A stretch of 64,000 nucleotides of DNA from Hydrurus foetidus. Lineage: Eukaryota. The stretch spans positions 1 to 64,000 of the forward strand of contig UYFQ01000738.1 of the NCBI GenBank assembly GCA_900617105.1, read 5' to 3'. Both the position numbers and the translations under genes were made by a program. This document shows positions 12,601 to 26,600 of this stretch, piece after piece (position 1 is the stretch's first letter; every line of letters begins with the position of its first letter). Below the pieces are notes generated by a model that saw only the letters and a program-made list of their open reading frames with translations, searched no databases and was not told where the DNA came from.

Positions 12601-13887
12601 CGTCTATTTTCTACGCACACACATGTATGACAATCACACAACGTATAACCCCAACTTCAACTTGACCTTCACTTGACCTTCACTTGAATCACATCAGGCG
12701 ATAGCTGACTGGATCAAGCACGCCTTCATCAGTAAGTTCAACCACATCAACGCCAATGTGTACGATGACTTCGCGAGGGTGCTACGAAAGGACATTCTCA
12801 ACTGCCACAAAGACAAAGTTATTCTGGATCAGACGTATGCCATCACTAAGAGAGTTGGACTGGCGCAGGTTAGTGTGATGACTCACTCCATGTCGATTGC
12901 AATCTTAATATGATATTACGTAGCTGCTGATTAGTGATGAGGGCACTATCATGCTGTGTATTGCGTTGAAGAGCATTTCGTTTGATAACGTGTGACTAGC
13001 TCCTCTCTGATCGGAAGTATTCAGTGCACGATATCGACTTGACTGACTGTAATGGCATGGCATGGCATGGCATGTAGCGCTAGCCGTGTCAAGGCACTCA
13101 ACACATCACATTGTTACCGTTCCATTGACGATCACTCCAACCTCTCCTCTTTACACTAACCACTCCAACGCTATCCCCTATCCGTTACATTCAGATCCCA
13201 TTAGGGTGTGTGTTCATCCGGTATCTCATCCTCGCCCTCTCCTCCCCCGCTGCCATGCGATTCTTCTCTTCCAAGTCCACTGTGTATTTGACGCTACTTG
13301 CATTGTTTTGGTTCACTCTAGCAGTTATTTGTAAAATCACTGTTGGTCTTGGACTCATACGTTACGCAGGTACGGACACCAGCCGTGATGTTCTTTTGCT
13401 CCTCCTTCCCTTTCTTATCTCTCCTCCTCTGTTTTCATTTTATGATGCCATGCGATCACGAAACATTTATATGGGGGACTTTAGATCAACACGAAACTTT
13501 TTGTTTAGTGGAATTTGGGTCAAATAATTAATTTTCATACTAGGTTGTGGGAGGTGGGGGGAAAGGGGGAAGGTCTATAAATTGTTTCGTGTCAGCCCGA
13601 CATTTTCTCTTTCTCACATGCCTATCCCTGTTTTTCCACTCCTTTTACTGCTTTCTCTCATCTCTTCACCTCTCTTCTCACCGTCCCTCCTAATCCCCCT
13701 CACCGTGCTCCTCATCGTCCCTCCTGATCCTCTCTCAGGCGTCATCCACAACGAAGAGTTGCGACTAAGATGGATGGAAGAAAAGAAAAACGAAAACGGC
13801 TCGAACCGTTTTGTGTCCAAAATGTCCATGAACCAATTGTCGGATATAGAGAGATTCACTGTGTACAAGGGAAGAGTGCTTGGGTAA
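9604..13887 (+). CDS. TAPT1: TAPT1/EMP65 family (DUF747) multi-pass membrane protein
   Basis: Motifs FGFFICLDAFL, SRVYHYIRGQTLIKLYV, LLCSFGQD, NNFGEIKSFVFKKFD, SDVTERFQL, DWIKHAFISKFN. Exons 9604-9983, 10100-11522, 12102-12212, 12698-12868, 13195-13369, 13739-13887 with compatible phases. Confidence 0.9.
9619..9705 (+). repeat. (TCT)n microsatellite encoding poly-Ser (29 codons) in TAPT1 exon 1
   Basis: Directly visible, with one TCG interruption. Confidence 0.95.
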
Positions 13888-15179
13888 CCTGTCTGTATAC
13901 TGATCCCATAGAAGAGGACATGAGAGGGTAGGAGCTGTGTCTTTTCATTGGTCATAAGTAATTGTGAGACCTTGGGTAGATGATTCTAGATTTTGCCCAC
14001 ATTTAATTTTTGGAATATTGTATTCAATTGGTTTAACTGTATCTACTCGCCACTCTTGTTATCGAATTCTGTAATACATATTGTAAATACGACAGAGACG
14101 TTGCATCAATCGCATCGCATCAATCGCATCGATCTTGCATTGTTCCGGAGACGTTCAACATATGAAGGTGACGGAACGGAGCCCCATTTGGTATAAAGTA
14201 GTATGGACTGGGATTGGGATTGGGATTGGAGGAGTGAGGAACAGGATCATGAAGACAAATACGCGCATCGAATAATATGGTCTCCGTCTTATCTGATCCG
14301 GCCGATTTCCATTCGATTTCACCTCATCCGATCTCTACTCGACTGCTCTACAGCATATAAGTAAAGTAAAACTAGACTGAAGTTTCATGTGCATCCGCCA
14401 CTCAGCACACCCAATTCCACTCCACCTCTCCTCCCCTGCCCGAATGCACCACATCACACAACACACACACACACCACCCAGCACATAGTTTGGCACAGCG
14501 TGTAGTATGTCATTGTACAGTACCATGGACAGTGCACAGGTTGGTCTGTGTTGGTTAGCTAGCATAAGATAAGGTGATGAGATACCGTGTTGGACTCCAC
14601 AGGACTAGACAAGAACAGGAGTGCGCTGCACCGGATTTTCTTCTCATGCTAATGCAGTACTATTTCCTACACTGTAGCATCTTCAAAAGCTAAAAATGAT
14701 AAAAGCAACTGGTCCGAGACAAAAGAAAGAAGGCTTTTTCTCGCCAGTACCGTCTAGTTCAGATCGGTACAATAATCAGTAACCAAGTAATTGAATTACA
14801 CTATTTACTCCGATACGATCTAAGTCACTCAATCAATGAATAAATACGAGAGAAGAATACAAATGAATTCAAATACAAATACAAATGAATAGAAACAATT
14901 ATTCGATACTTATGAGATCAATTTAGTGCTACGTATTACAGTCTCACAGGGCTTGGTGACCATGTAGGAGACGGAATGGCAGGAAGCACTGTACGATGTG
15001 TCTTGAATTTTGGGTTGATTTGATTTGATTTGATTTGATTTGATTTGATGCATGCGACAGAAGTGCGAGGAGTGTTTTTCGCAAGAAAGGAGAATGAATA
15101 AGAACAGGTAAGAAGAGGATAGATGTGTTACAAAGATGAGAAGCAGACTCCGGACTACGTCATCCTCTCAAACTTGGAA

Positions 15180-18100
15180 TCACAAGGGTTCAAAGTCCTC
15201 GAAAGAGATCCCCAAAGGGCTTTTCACTTTCGCCTCCTTGGTGAGACTTATCAGTCTGTCCAGCAACTCCTCTCTAGAGGAGTCAGAAGGGGAGGCCGGG
15301 AAGGGTCTCCTCCCGCTACCGGTACCCCCCGGTAGACCCTGTAAATTTTGTGCGGCTCTGTAGGCAGCTGTCATGTCACTGCTAATGCTCGCATCGTTGA
15401 CTTTGTGTGAGAGGGAGTGGTAGGGGGCGACTACGGGGGAGGTGGACAGATGAGGGGGGGCACGGTCCCGTCCGTACCGTCCCTCCCTGGACCCCCCTCT
15501 CCTGCCCGCACTACTGGCCCTCCTCGCTGTGCTGTGTAGATCGGTCCCTCGTGTCCTGGAATCTGGTTCTAGTTCCCCCCTGCTGTCCCCCCTTTGTGTT
15601 CTCCCATCTCCTCCGTTTAAATCCATCCCGTTCACGTCCATTCCGTTTAGGTGCTTTGCGGTGCCTCGGGTGGGGACAGTGCGTAGCTGTTGCAACACAG
15701 CGAAGTCAGGAACACGGGGGGAAGAGAGGGTGTCGAACGAAGGGAGGAAGAGGCCGGGGGAGTGGCTTATGTGGGACATTGACCGAGTGGACCGAGTGGA
15801 CATGTTGGGTGATGCGGTGGAATTGAAAAGAACGTCGTGAGAAGGGGACTGGTACGTGTGGGTGTGTCGGATGGGAGAGTGAAAGGTCGACATGAAGGAG
15901 GAGCTAGGGGCGGTGTGGGAGAAGGAGGAAGAGATGGCGTGGGATGGGGAGTGAGATCCGTGAACCGACCCTTCTTCCGTCCCCAATTCCGTCCCTATAT
16001 TCATACTCCCGTTCCCATTAATATTCCCAATCATGTTCATGTTCATCAGAGCCCCTTTAGCAGCCATGTGTATGAGTTGCCCGAATGTGCACCCCTCTAG
16101 ACTACGTGTTATCTCCAAGAGGCGCGACTCCTTCTCATGGGAAGAAGAAAGTTCAGTGAATAGTGTGTCTTGATCTGCTATCAAAGAACGTTCCATCGTG
16201 ATGGGTAGTGCCCCTTGACTAGCAGTGTGTGCTACTGTGTGCGTAACAGAGAGTGGGAGTGTGTGTGGGAGTGGGAGTGGGGATGGGAGAGGAGAGGTCT
16301 GTGTGTTGTGACGCGTCGTTTCTGCAGACGATCTCTTAGCTGGACTAGCACTTGCACTCACACTTGCACTCATATTTATGTCCATAGGTGCAGTGATGCG
16401 ATTGGAGCCATTCTTGCTTCTTATTCTGTCACTGTTTTCCAACTGTTCTGGTGACTGAGTTGATCGTCATACTTTTTCTTTCTTCTCCTGCTTTTTCTCC
16501 TCCTGACCTCCTCTTCCTCCTCATCTTTTTCTTCCAGGTTGACTGGCTGTGCTGTCGACTCTTTCTTAGATAATTGATTTTCAAGAGCCGTTAGTTTTGC
16601 TTCACTAGTGTTGGCTCTTATTCGCTCTAGATCGCAATTGATCTCTTCCTGTCGTTTTAACAACTTTAACTCCTCGAGTTTTTCTTTCCAAATAGCTGCC
16701 TCTGCTTGATGTTTATCATCTAAACTGGTCAGTTCTAAACTGTGCTGTCGTTGCAGAGTTAGGAGAGATGCTTCTAAGCACTGATGACTCTCACGTGACA
16801 GCACATCCAGTGACTCTCTTTTCTCCCTTTCAAGTACTGCAGCTTGCTCCTGGCATTTCGATAGTTCTTCTTTGTAATGCGCACTGATTTCCTCTGTTGT
16901 TGATAGTAACTGATTCTTGGATGCGGTCTCAAAGTCCTCTAATCGTTCCGCACATTTCAATTCCATCTCAACTTTAACATTCTCAAACTGTATGTGTGCT
17001 TGATCTAGTTCAAGATTGAATTTCATCTCTAACAAATCTAATTCCTCTTTATGTTGTTGCATTAAATTGTCCAGGGACTTCGCACTTTTTGTCTGTTCAG
17101 ATTCCACTTTCAAATTTATTTCATCAACTTCACGAATTTGATTTCTTTTGCAATTTTCAAGTTCATTTCTTAACGCTGATTTTTCTGACTCAGATTTTTC
17201 TTTTAATTCTTTCAGTGCATTCTCCAAATGTCGAATTGATTTCAGTTCCTTGTCTAATAATAATTTCATGTTTTCCAGTTGATTCAATAGTTCGACATTA
17301 GCGGTTTCTAAATTGCGATTTCGGTCCAAATTCCTTTCCTTCAGTTCTCTCTCCTTCTGCGCGTCATATCGCAGCTCTTGAAGATCTTTACTCGTCCTCT
17401 CTTCTGAGAGCTTTGCCTCTATTAAATCTTTTTCTGTTTTCTCAAGGAGAGATTCGAGGACGAGGAACTTGGATCTGCATTCCGAAACGTTCCTAAGCAT
17501 GTTGTCTCTCTCTGTGCTGACTCTCTCCAGACACTCATCTGACATCAATTTCTCCGCTAAAACGTTCTGGTATTTGTCGAGTAATTCTGCGAATTCAATT
17601 CGAGTCACGCTGCCTTCCAGCTTTTTAGTAAGAGAGTCCATCTTTGTCTCGACTGCTTTGTATTCGTCTAAAGCCACCATCCCCCATTCCACCTTGTTCT
17701 GCAAAGCGGCATACTTCTCCTTGACCTGCTGGTGATTCTCTACAGTGACCATCTCTTCATGAATGACGCGCCGCATCGCGTTGATCTCCACTGACAGACG
17801 GTCGACATCAACTTTTGGAACTGTCTCATGAGCAATTTTACTATTCAGTCGCTGTATGACACTCTTTAGCTTAGTAATCGCTTCTGATTGGTTCTTCATT
17901 TCTTCCCTGAGCTTAAGATTCTCAGCGACTGCTCCCTCATGCTTGTCATGAATACTCTTTTCACGTATCTCAAGCAAGTCAGATGCATATTTCAACTGAT
18001 TGACGTCGTTTTCGAAGCCTTTACGGGCCAGCTTCTGAGCACTGATAGTTTGTTTCTGAACATCAATCTTCCTTTCGAGCGCTTCATTCTTGGTTTGCAC

Positions 18101-18238
18101 TATCTGCAATTGTGTGCTGCTCAACTGATCCTTTTCCTCAAAGATTGCCCTCGCTTGTTTGAAATTTTGGAAAAGTGCCGCATAATCGGCTCTGCACCGA
18201 TTCAATTCGTCAATCTGGTCCCTAATGGCCTCATCCAT
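15180..18238 (-). CDS. Long coiled-coil protein with Ser/His/Pro-rich disordered C-terminus; function unknown
   Basis: E/K/L/Q heptad-rich ORF 16421..18388 (first in-frame ATG 18238) and ORF 15180..16442 join in frame via a candidate 53-nt GT-AG intron 16507-16455. Start uncertain. Confidence 0.65.
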
Positions 18239-19137
18239 TTGGGATAGAAGCTCCAGAGAGAAATAAGTGTGGCTTTGAGATAGAGACCACTTTACTGAGC
18301 GATCTGGAGAGATGACAGGGATGAGATTTGGTATAGAAGTAACAAGTAACGGTGATACTTCGGAATCTGATCCACGGTCTACTGTCACTGCCTCTAACTT
18401 TTTGCTTTTTACTTTTTACTCGTTTTTCTTTCAGTTTCTATCGTATTAATCCAATTGCTTCAAAGAAATCATGGCTATCAAATATCTCCATGGAAATCTC
18501 AACTGTAAAATTTATAACGACCACCGGAAGAGACACGTGATTCTGCACGGCACGGCACGGCACGGCACGGCACGTCTGATGTTATGTGATGTCATCCCTC
18601 TCAACTCTCAACTGGACTGGAGTGATAGATGGTGATCCCTCCCATTTCCTCCACCTTTCTCCATCAAAGGTACTTCCTAAAAAAGATTTTCTATTTTACT
18701 CTAAGGCAGCATTTGCTTTACATTTCATTCAAACACATAGAAAAGAAAATGAAAATGAAGAGAAACATGTAACCGCTTCTACTGCTTCTTCATTCAGTAA
18801 CTGTGGTAACCGGAGATAAACAAGTTATCAAACAGAAACTAAAAGTGGGACGTGGTATGAAATGAAGTGCAGTGTGTGTGTTGGGGGGAGGGGGGGGGGC
18901 TGGGACGAAACGGATGGGAGATGGGACTGAGTAGTTAGATTTGATAAGTCGAATCTATCTCAGCATCAATTTACATTACATTATATAATATTATAGTACA
19001 CTCAGATTATTTGAAAAATGCCAATATTTTCAATCAGATTACTGTGTTTTGTGTTGTAGTGCGATTACATGTGACATGGGTTGATGTGATGTGATGTGAT
19101 GTGATTTGAGTCGAGTTGGGTCATACAGTTTGAAACT

Positions 19138-20821
19138 TCAGTACTCCGGATCAAGCCAAGGGGAATCTCTGTTGAACTTGTACGTTACAGGTCCATCTAC
19201 CACTCCCTGAAGAGTAGAGAAAGGAGAGGGAAGAAAAGAGAAAAGAGAAGAAGGGGGGGACAGGAGGACAGCACACAGGCAAGGGGAGCAAGGAGAAAGG
19301 AGAAAGGGGTTGATGAGCTATTACTGGGCGTTAATACGGTGTAAGTCTAGTGATGCTGTAGAGCGACTTTTTCTTCCTCTCATGTACTGATTCCTCTACA
19401 CGCATACTCACCCATACAGTCACTATCTAATTGCTTCCCATACACTCACACACTCTTTCTCCCTCTCTCTCTCCATCTCTCACAAACACACACACACCCT
19501 CTAATAAACGTACTCACCTCTAGCCACCGTCCCACCAGCTCGTCCCCTGAGGGGAAGAAGAGGGACCCCATTCCGTCCTTCAGCCCGTCTCTCCAAGACC
19601 CCGTGTATGTTATGCCCGTGTCGTGCGATATGAACTTACCGTGGCCTAAATGGATTGTGTGAGTTGCTCAGATCGATGGTTGTGTTGTGTTGTGTTGTTT
19701 TGTTTTGTTGTGTTCCTTGAGAGTGGAGATGGATTGCTTGGGCTGATCGTGCAAAACATTCTGCCAAAATACAGTACTCCTCAAATCTCTTCTGTTCTAT
19801 TCTATTCTATTCCGTTTCTCCATTCCAAGCCACTGGCTAGTACAGTCTGTGATAGAGCTGCGTAAGTACTGCATCATAACGTACGTACCGTTTCTCTGGT
19901 CGTTTTGCCAGTCTCCTTCGTAGAGGTCTCCGTTTGAGTATTCCAGAGACCCAAAACCGGAAGCTTTGTCGTCCTCCCACTTTCCACTGACCAGAAGATA
20001 GAGTAGAGTAGAGCAGAGTAGAGTAGAGTAGAGTAGAGCAGAGCAGAGTAGAGTAGAACAAAGTGGAGTAGAAGATAAGGTAAGGTAATTGAAGGTAATG
20101 TCAGAACATGTAAGACTATGTGTTTAAATGATATCAGCTGTCAGGATGATGATCACGATGGTGGCAGTATTCACTCGCACCATGCACCTCCTATCGCTTA
20201 TATCTAGCTAATATGCCAATTGCAATTATGTCACTCAAGAACAAGAACACAGGACAGCACAGGGCAGGGGAAAGAGGGAGGGTTCTGGTTTCTCACGCTT
20301 CCTCTCGTCACATCTCACCTGAACTTGTCCCCATTAGTGTAATAGAGTTCCCCCGAGTCGCTTTTCTTCCCCTCCTTCCAGTTACCCACGTACTTGTCTC
20401 CGTCAGCGTACGTCAATGTGCCCGTACCGTCCGCAAAGTTGTTGCGCCACTGACCCTGTCATTTTAGTAGATGGTAATTTAATTTATTTGACGATCATCT
20501 ACTGATCAGAATATCCTAATGTGATTCAGTACTCAGTATATCTCGTGTGGTGTGACGTGTGGCGTGTAATACCTCGTACTTTTCCCCGTTTATGTACTGT
20601 AGCACACCGTGTCCTCCCTTCATGTCGTTCTGGAAGTCTCCGTCATATCTGGTGACAGAACATGATCAATCGTTAGATTGCTGCGCTTCGAAGGTTACTC
20701 TCTACATTTTGCTCTATGCGTCCCGCCATGACTCGCAGTTGTTGGATTTGAGATGCAGTACTGTGGACGGGACGGCATGTTTCGCAAGAGATAAACTAAC
20801 AAACACTTTGCTATCTTCAAA

Positions 20822-20864
<43 letters not shown>

Positions 20865-23023
20865 GGCAAATGGACGGACAGACACACAGGCAGGCAGGCG
20901 GACAGTCAAGCAAACTCGCAGATTGACAGGTGCACATTGATATACAGTTCCCCACACAGTTCCCCACACAGATGCGCCAACTGTCGCATCAAATCGACAC
21001 CACAGTTCATCGCATCGCATCGCATGAGATATGAAGACCATCACAGCCGTAACTCTGGACGAACACTCAATACCCCTAAGCCACTGATCAGCCAAATGTG
21101 CACTCAACACGCAGATCAGAGTACAGTACAGTACAGTACAGTACAGTACGTACTTATTTCCGTTGGGGTATAGGAAGAATCCCTTTCCGTGCATCTTTCC
21201 GTCCACCCACAGTCCGTCATAAGAGCTGCCATCCGCATACCTATATGGAGTAAAGAGGGAGATTGTGGGGTTTGTATTCTAGTCAAGTGACAGGGCGCTG
21301 TATGTGTGTCAGTGTGCGTTGCTATATAACTCAAATGAAGCTCATTGCAATGTGTCAGTGCGAGAGTGAGAATGCTGGTAAAAATAGTGTGGCAGGTACA
21401 GTGCAAATAACAGCATGATGAGCCCCGATAAAGTCAAACCAGACGGATATTCCAATGACATTGGACAGCGCAGCTAATCTAAGTAACACAGCAGTAGATC
21501 ATACACACCGCGCTCCGCAACTGTCACTGATACAACTTACCGTAGCTGTGCATGTCAGCCACAGCTAGTAAGAGCTGGAGCTGTCTACTCGACCAACGCA
21601 AAACACAAACCCTCACATTCCTACACTGTGCAATACAATACAGCGCACTTCTGTGCGATGTAGAAGACAGATGACCCATGCAGTACAGTGCGATGCGATG
21701 TATAAGGTATCAGGTACTGTTAGTCCAGTGGAGTACGTGCGTACGAATGAGAACACGTACGTACCAGTATGATCCTCTTCCGTGCATGCGTCCCTCCGCC
21801 CAGTCCCCCTCGTACTTCTCCTGCACTCCAATGTCAGCGGGGCAGCAGTACGTCATCGTGCCTTGGCCGTGCTGTAACATGTGTACGGGAGGGCAGAGTG
21901 TTACGGCTAACAGTCTGCGGTATTGTCATTCTCTTCTTAACAAAACAACGTAACGTAATGTGCAGCAGTCGTGGACATCAAATTGAATAGGACTGATAAA
22001 TGAAACCATTCCTCATATAATCAGGTCTAAACCATGATTGCATGCAGGTCATTCCATGAAGAGTGACACTGATAATTGTTGACAGTGAGTGTGGTGTGTA
22101 CAGTGTTTAACCCAGTCTCACCCTTTCATCGTTGCGCCACTCTCCATCGTATCTGTCTCCATCGCTGTACAAGAAAATAATGCGTATCATTATTATTTAG
22201 ACATCGCGAATGATGTCAATAAGTCACGGACAGGATAAAAAAAGAAGTTCAGATGAATAGGTGAATCAACAGGTTCCTGAGAGATAGACAAGACGACAGC
22301 TGCTCTGTTGCTTCGAATCAATCAAATAGACCCCTATCTACTTGAAGAAGGTAAACAATTATGCTGTCACAGAAGAGGAATGAGAATAATTGATCATCTT
22401 CTACCTGTAATAGTATGTGCCGTTTCCTTGCCTCTTCCCATCTTTCCAGTCTCCCTGATACTTGTCGCCAGACGAGAGATACAGAGTTCCTGCAGATCGC
22501 GAGTATTCAGAAATATGGCTGATTTCATCGATCATACAGGGATGACTTACCCACTCCATTGATCTTTCCGTTGACCCACTGACCAACGAAACGGTTTCCA
22601 TTCGGATATGTGCTCGTGCCTTCTCCAGATATTTTATCATCAGTCCAGGAACCTGCCAATTGAACATGAACAGTAAAAGCTCATCAGGGCAATGAAGCTA
22701 TGCTGTACATGAAGACCACAGCAGGGATCAAAAATGCATGTAATGACTTCATATGAGATATGTCCGTGCGCTCACAAACCTTTAAAAGTTGATCCGTCAG
22801 CGTATACGTATTGACCCTGTCCATGTCGTTTACCTACAGATATTTTCATGATATCAGCAGTGTTCGCGAGAGAGGTGACCGATTTGGTACCTAGCATCAA
22901 CTTGGAAAATGCTTTCTTACCCCGAACAAAGTCACCCTCATAATATTCGTCGTTTTCGTAAATGAGTTTTCCATGACCATGCATCTGGCCATCTAACATC
23001 TTTCCAACATATTCAGTTGACAT
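19138..23023 (-). CDS. MORN1: All-MORN-repeat protein, apicomplexan MORN1-like (about 12 exons)
   Basis: Exons encode repeated YxGxWxDGKxHGxG units ([32 protein letters not shown]...; [21 protein letters not shown]). The last exon ends [18 protein letters not shown] (TGA at 19140-19138). Confidence 0.85.
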
Positions 23024-23697
23024 CTTGAAACAAACAGAGATTTTTGAATTGAGAGTATCAGCTGCACAGATATATTACAGGAACGTGATCATTTCCAGCT
23101 TAGAGTGATCACTTTCTCTCGTATTCTTCGCTAAGGTACCCACTCTCGTTTGGGTGATTTACAAGCAATTGGGGACACCTCTGCAGGGTCACTTCGCACT
23201 TTCTAAGTGGCTATTTAGCATCAACTTTCTAGTGTTGTCAAAGTTCCACCAGAAACAAGAATACTGCCGTTAGAAGTGAGCCGTTCAAGTCTCCAATAGA
23301 ATTCGCATGAATTCAAAATGCGTCAATTCCACACAGCCAAAAAGACGAATTTCGAAGATTTTACCGATTTTTTCTGGCTTTTATCGGTTTCGACAAAACG
23401 ACAAAACCCACAGACATCAAACTCAAACTGAATTCTTGAACTCAACTCGAACTCCACTCTCAAGTTAGGTTTGGGAGAGGGATGTAGCAGCCAGCTGAGA
23501 CAACTTCTAAGCGGACAGCAAAGATATGGGGGCGGTCCTGTTTAATTTTCTTGTGTAATTTCATGAAGAAAAATCGGAGATCTTGGAAACGATGCTGAGA
23601 ATAGGTTCATCTGGAAGTGAAACATGTTGTGAAAGTGTTTTGTCCTGAGCGATTGTGATCAGCGAGCTTGACAGTAGTGCACACTACCTGAATAAAA

Positions 23698-26600
23698 ATG
23701 AGGTCTAGACTAGAAAGCTATGTCGGCCAGATGCGGGCCCAGACGATGACATTCAATACTGATGGCGTGGAGGTAAGAGCATCCACCAATTATGTTAGAT
23801 AGTTGCGAATTACCTTTCATATCATGACTCGGCGTTGCTGTATATGCACAGATGCGACTAAGTGTACCTGATAATGCAAGTGTAAAAGACACGCTGCAGA
23901 TGTTTATCGGCACTATCGTCCAGCAACAGGATCACATAGTAAATCTGCAGTCGACAATAACGCAACTTTCAAATGAAAGTCTTGCAGCTCAGAAACGTAT
24001 CGTAGCGTGGACTGTAGAGCTGGTGACTGAGACTCAAATCTCACTTCAGGAGAAGATCAATGAGTCGAATGTTCGTTCTCAAAACATTGCGCACAATATA
24101 CAAGGCTTCACTGACAGGAATGCAGGAAGTCGCTATGATCTCGGCACGATTGCAGCAACGAAATTGACGCCACCAGCATTTCAAGCGATGAAAGTAGAAG
24201 GTGATTATAATCCCTCACAGTGAATGTCTTAGCATTTCTAAGATGAATTGTTCTGACGTATTCATCGTTCCGAATCAGATGGAGACGGAAGTGAGTACAC
24301 TCCATTCAATGCGTCGGCAGCTATAGCTGGGAGTCATTTCGCTGGAGGTAGAAGCATGTCCATGAAGGGGTCCATGAAATCTAATGCAGCTTCTGAGAAG
24401 GTCAAGACAATGCGCATGCCCCGACCTGAGTCGAAGGAGTACTTCGACATGATTCGCAAGAACGATATGCCGAAGGCGTGTGCAGCTAGGTGGAGATGGG
24501 CTGTTCGAAAAGTTATGAGGAGCAACCGGATAGGGAGGAATAAATTCGAATTATCTAGACTGAGAGTGGTAAAGGGCACGTCAGTGGTGGATAGACTGGT
24601 GAGACTTGAGTCAGAGATGTTCCAGCTGCCACTAGACATGCACGAGAGCATCCGACAGAAAGTGGTTGAGATGGCGCAGCACGCTCAGAGCGAAACTGAC
24701 GCACTCAGAAAAGAATTGGAGAAACTCAAAGTTCAGCTAGCAGCACAGCAAGAGAAAACAAGGAACTCTGCCTTCTCTCTTTCTAACAGGATAGATGAGG
24801 TGAAGGCGTCTTGTGCACAGCTAGACAGGACGTGCAGTGATATGGACAGAGCATTGTCCAAGTCGACTGGTCCCAGAAATAACAAACAGAGGGGGAGTGT
24901 GAAACATTCAGAGAAGATTCCAGCTGAAGTGGTGAAGAAAAGCGATCACATGGTGTCGAATAAGGAGAAGGAGAAAGAAAAGGAGAGTGAGAATGAGGAG
25001 GTGGTCAGTGCGAAGAGACACTCTATACAATTCGAAACTGATGCAGCAAGAGTCGCAGATAATGCTCCTACTGATGAAGCTGACTCCTCAAAGACAAAAA
25101 GCGAAAAAACAGAAATAATTCCAAAACTGAAGAGAGAACATTCATCTAGACTGGACAAGGAAAAGGAAAAGGAAAAGAGTGGGGGGTCGAGAAAAGACAG
25201 TCAAGTGTCAGATAGCAATAAATCAAAAAGAAAAGGATCTGAAAAAGTGGAGAAGATAGATGTTGCAGGTGACGGAGATGCGGTTGGAGGCGGAGTGCTG
25301 TTATCCGAGAATCAGTCAACAGCAGGGCAATCTGAAGTCAAGCCCCTAGGGGACAGTTCTGCACTCCTCGATTTTGAGGATGATGAGGATATTGAGCGAT
25401 CTGCATCCCTGGAGGGACTCGATGCGGACCTTGGACCCTGCGCCGACAATGAGAATGAGAATGATGACGTGGACGGGTATGGGTATGGGCCCCCCTCGAG
25501 GGAAATAGAATTAGACAGTGAGTACAGAGAGAGGGTGGACCTAGAACTAGATTCCTTGAACAGGCGGCTCAACTGTACGGAGAGCACGCACGGGAAGACC
25601 CTACAAGGAAAAGTGCACGACTTGCAGGCAGAGGTGGGCGCACTGCAAGACAATGCCACCATGACTCTCAAGCAGTTGATGAAGCTGAAGGCACGGTTGA
25701 ACATGACTCCAAGTTCAAGCAGTGAGATAAGCAGTGTAGGGGACTCCGTCTCATCCCTCACACAGCTTGATAGAGACATGAAAGACATGCACAGAGCAGT
25801 GTGGGTGTTGGAGTCACGGGTGACAGCTCTAAGAGACCTGGAGAGGGGAGTGAGAGGAGAGATCTGCCACACAACAGCTGCATCGAGGAAGATCAGAGGT
25901 GACTCTAGTCCTAGAGCGTTCTCTACTGAAGGCGCCAAGCAGGAGCTATTGATGCTGTGCGATGAGGTAAGAGAGAGGCTGGAGGGCATCTCCCTCTCCC
26001 TCTCTGACAGCGGCACTGACTCCTTGGCGTTCAGCTCTCTATTCGGAGGGCAATGGAACACTCTTATCAGTCTGCTCAACCCCACACACAGCGCACAGAG
26101 ACATCAAGAAGTGCCCTCCCTGTCATCCAGTACTCGTCTACCCTCCCCTACCGCTGCGTCATCATTTTCAACCAATGGCTCATCTATTGCTGCTGCTGGT
26201 GGTGCTGATAATGCGTCTAGTGGTCCTGCACTGGATAAGCTGAGGAGGGAGGTGGAGGCGATGAAGCAGTCCAAAGCGAGTCTAGAAGACATACGCGTCA
26301 TCAGTAGAGAGACAGTCACAGGGGCACTCGCACACGCACTAGGACCCATACGCACCAAGATGGAACATCTAGAGAGCGAGATAGCGAGGTTGAAGGAGTC
26401 AGTGTCTAGTGTGAGTGAGGCTACTGCTGCTGACAGGGAGTGGCTGCAGAGCAATGCAGAGGAGATGAGTCGCAGGGACGAGGAGCTGCAGCTGAAGGAA
26501 GCGGAGAGGAGTTTTAGAGAAGAAGAGCAGAGGAGGAGGGACGAGGAGCAGAGGAAGAGAGACATTGAGCAAAGGAACATGCAAGACAAAAGACATGATG

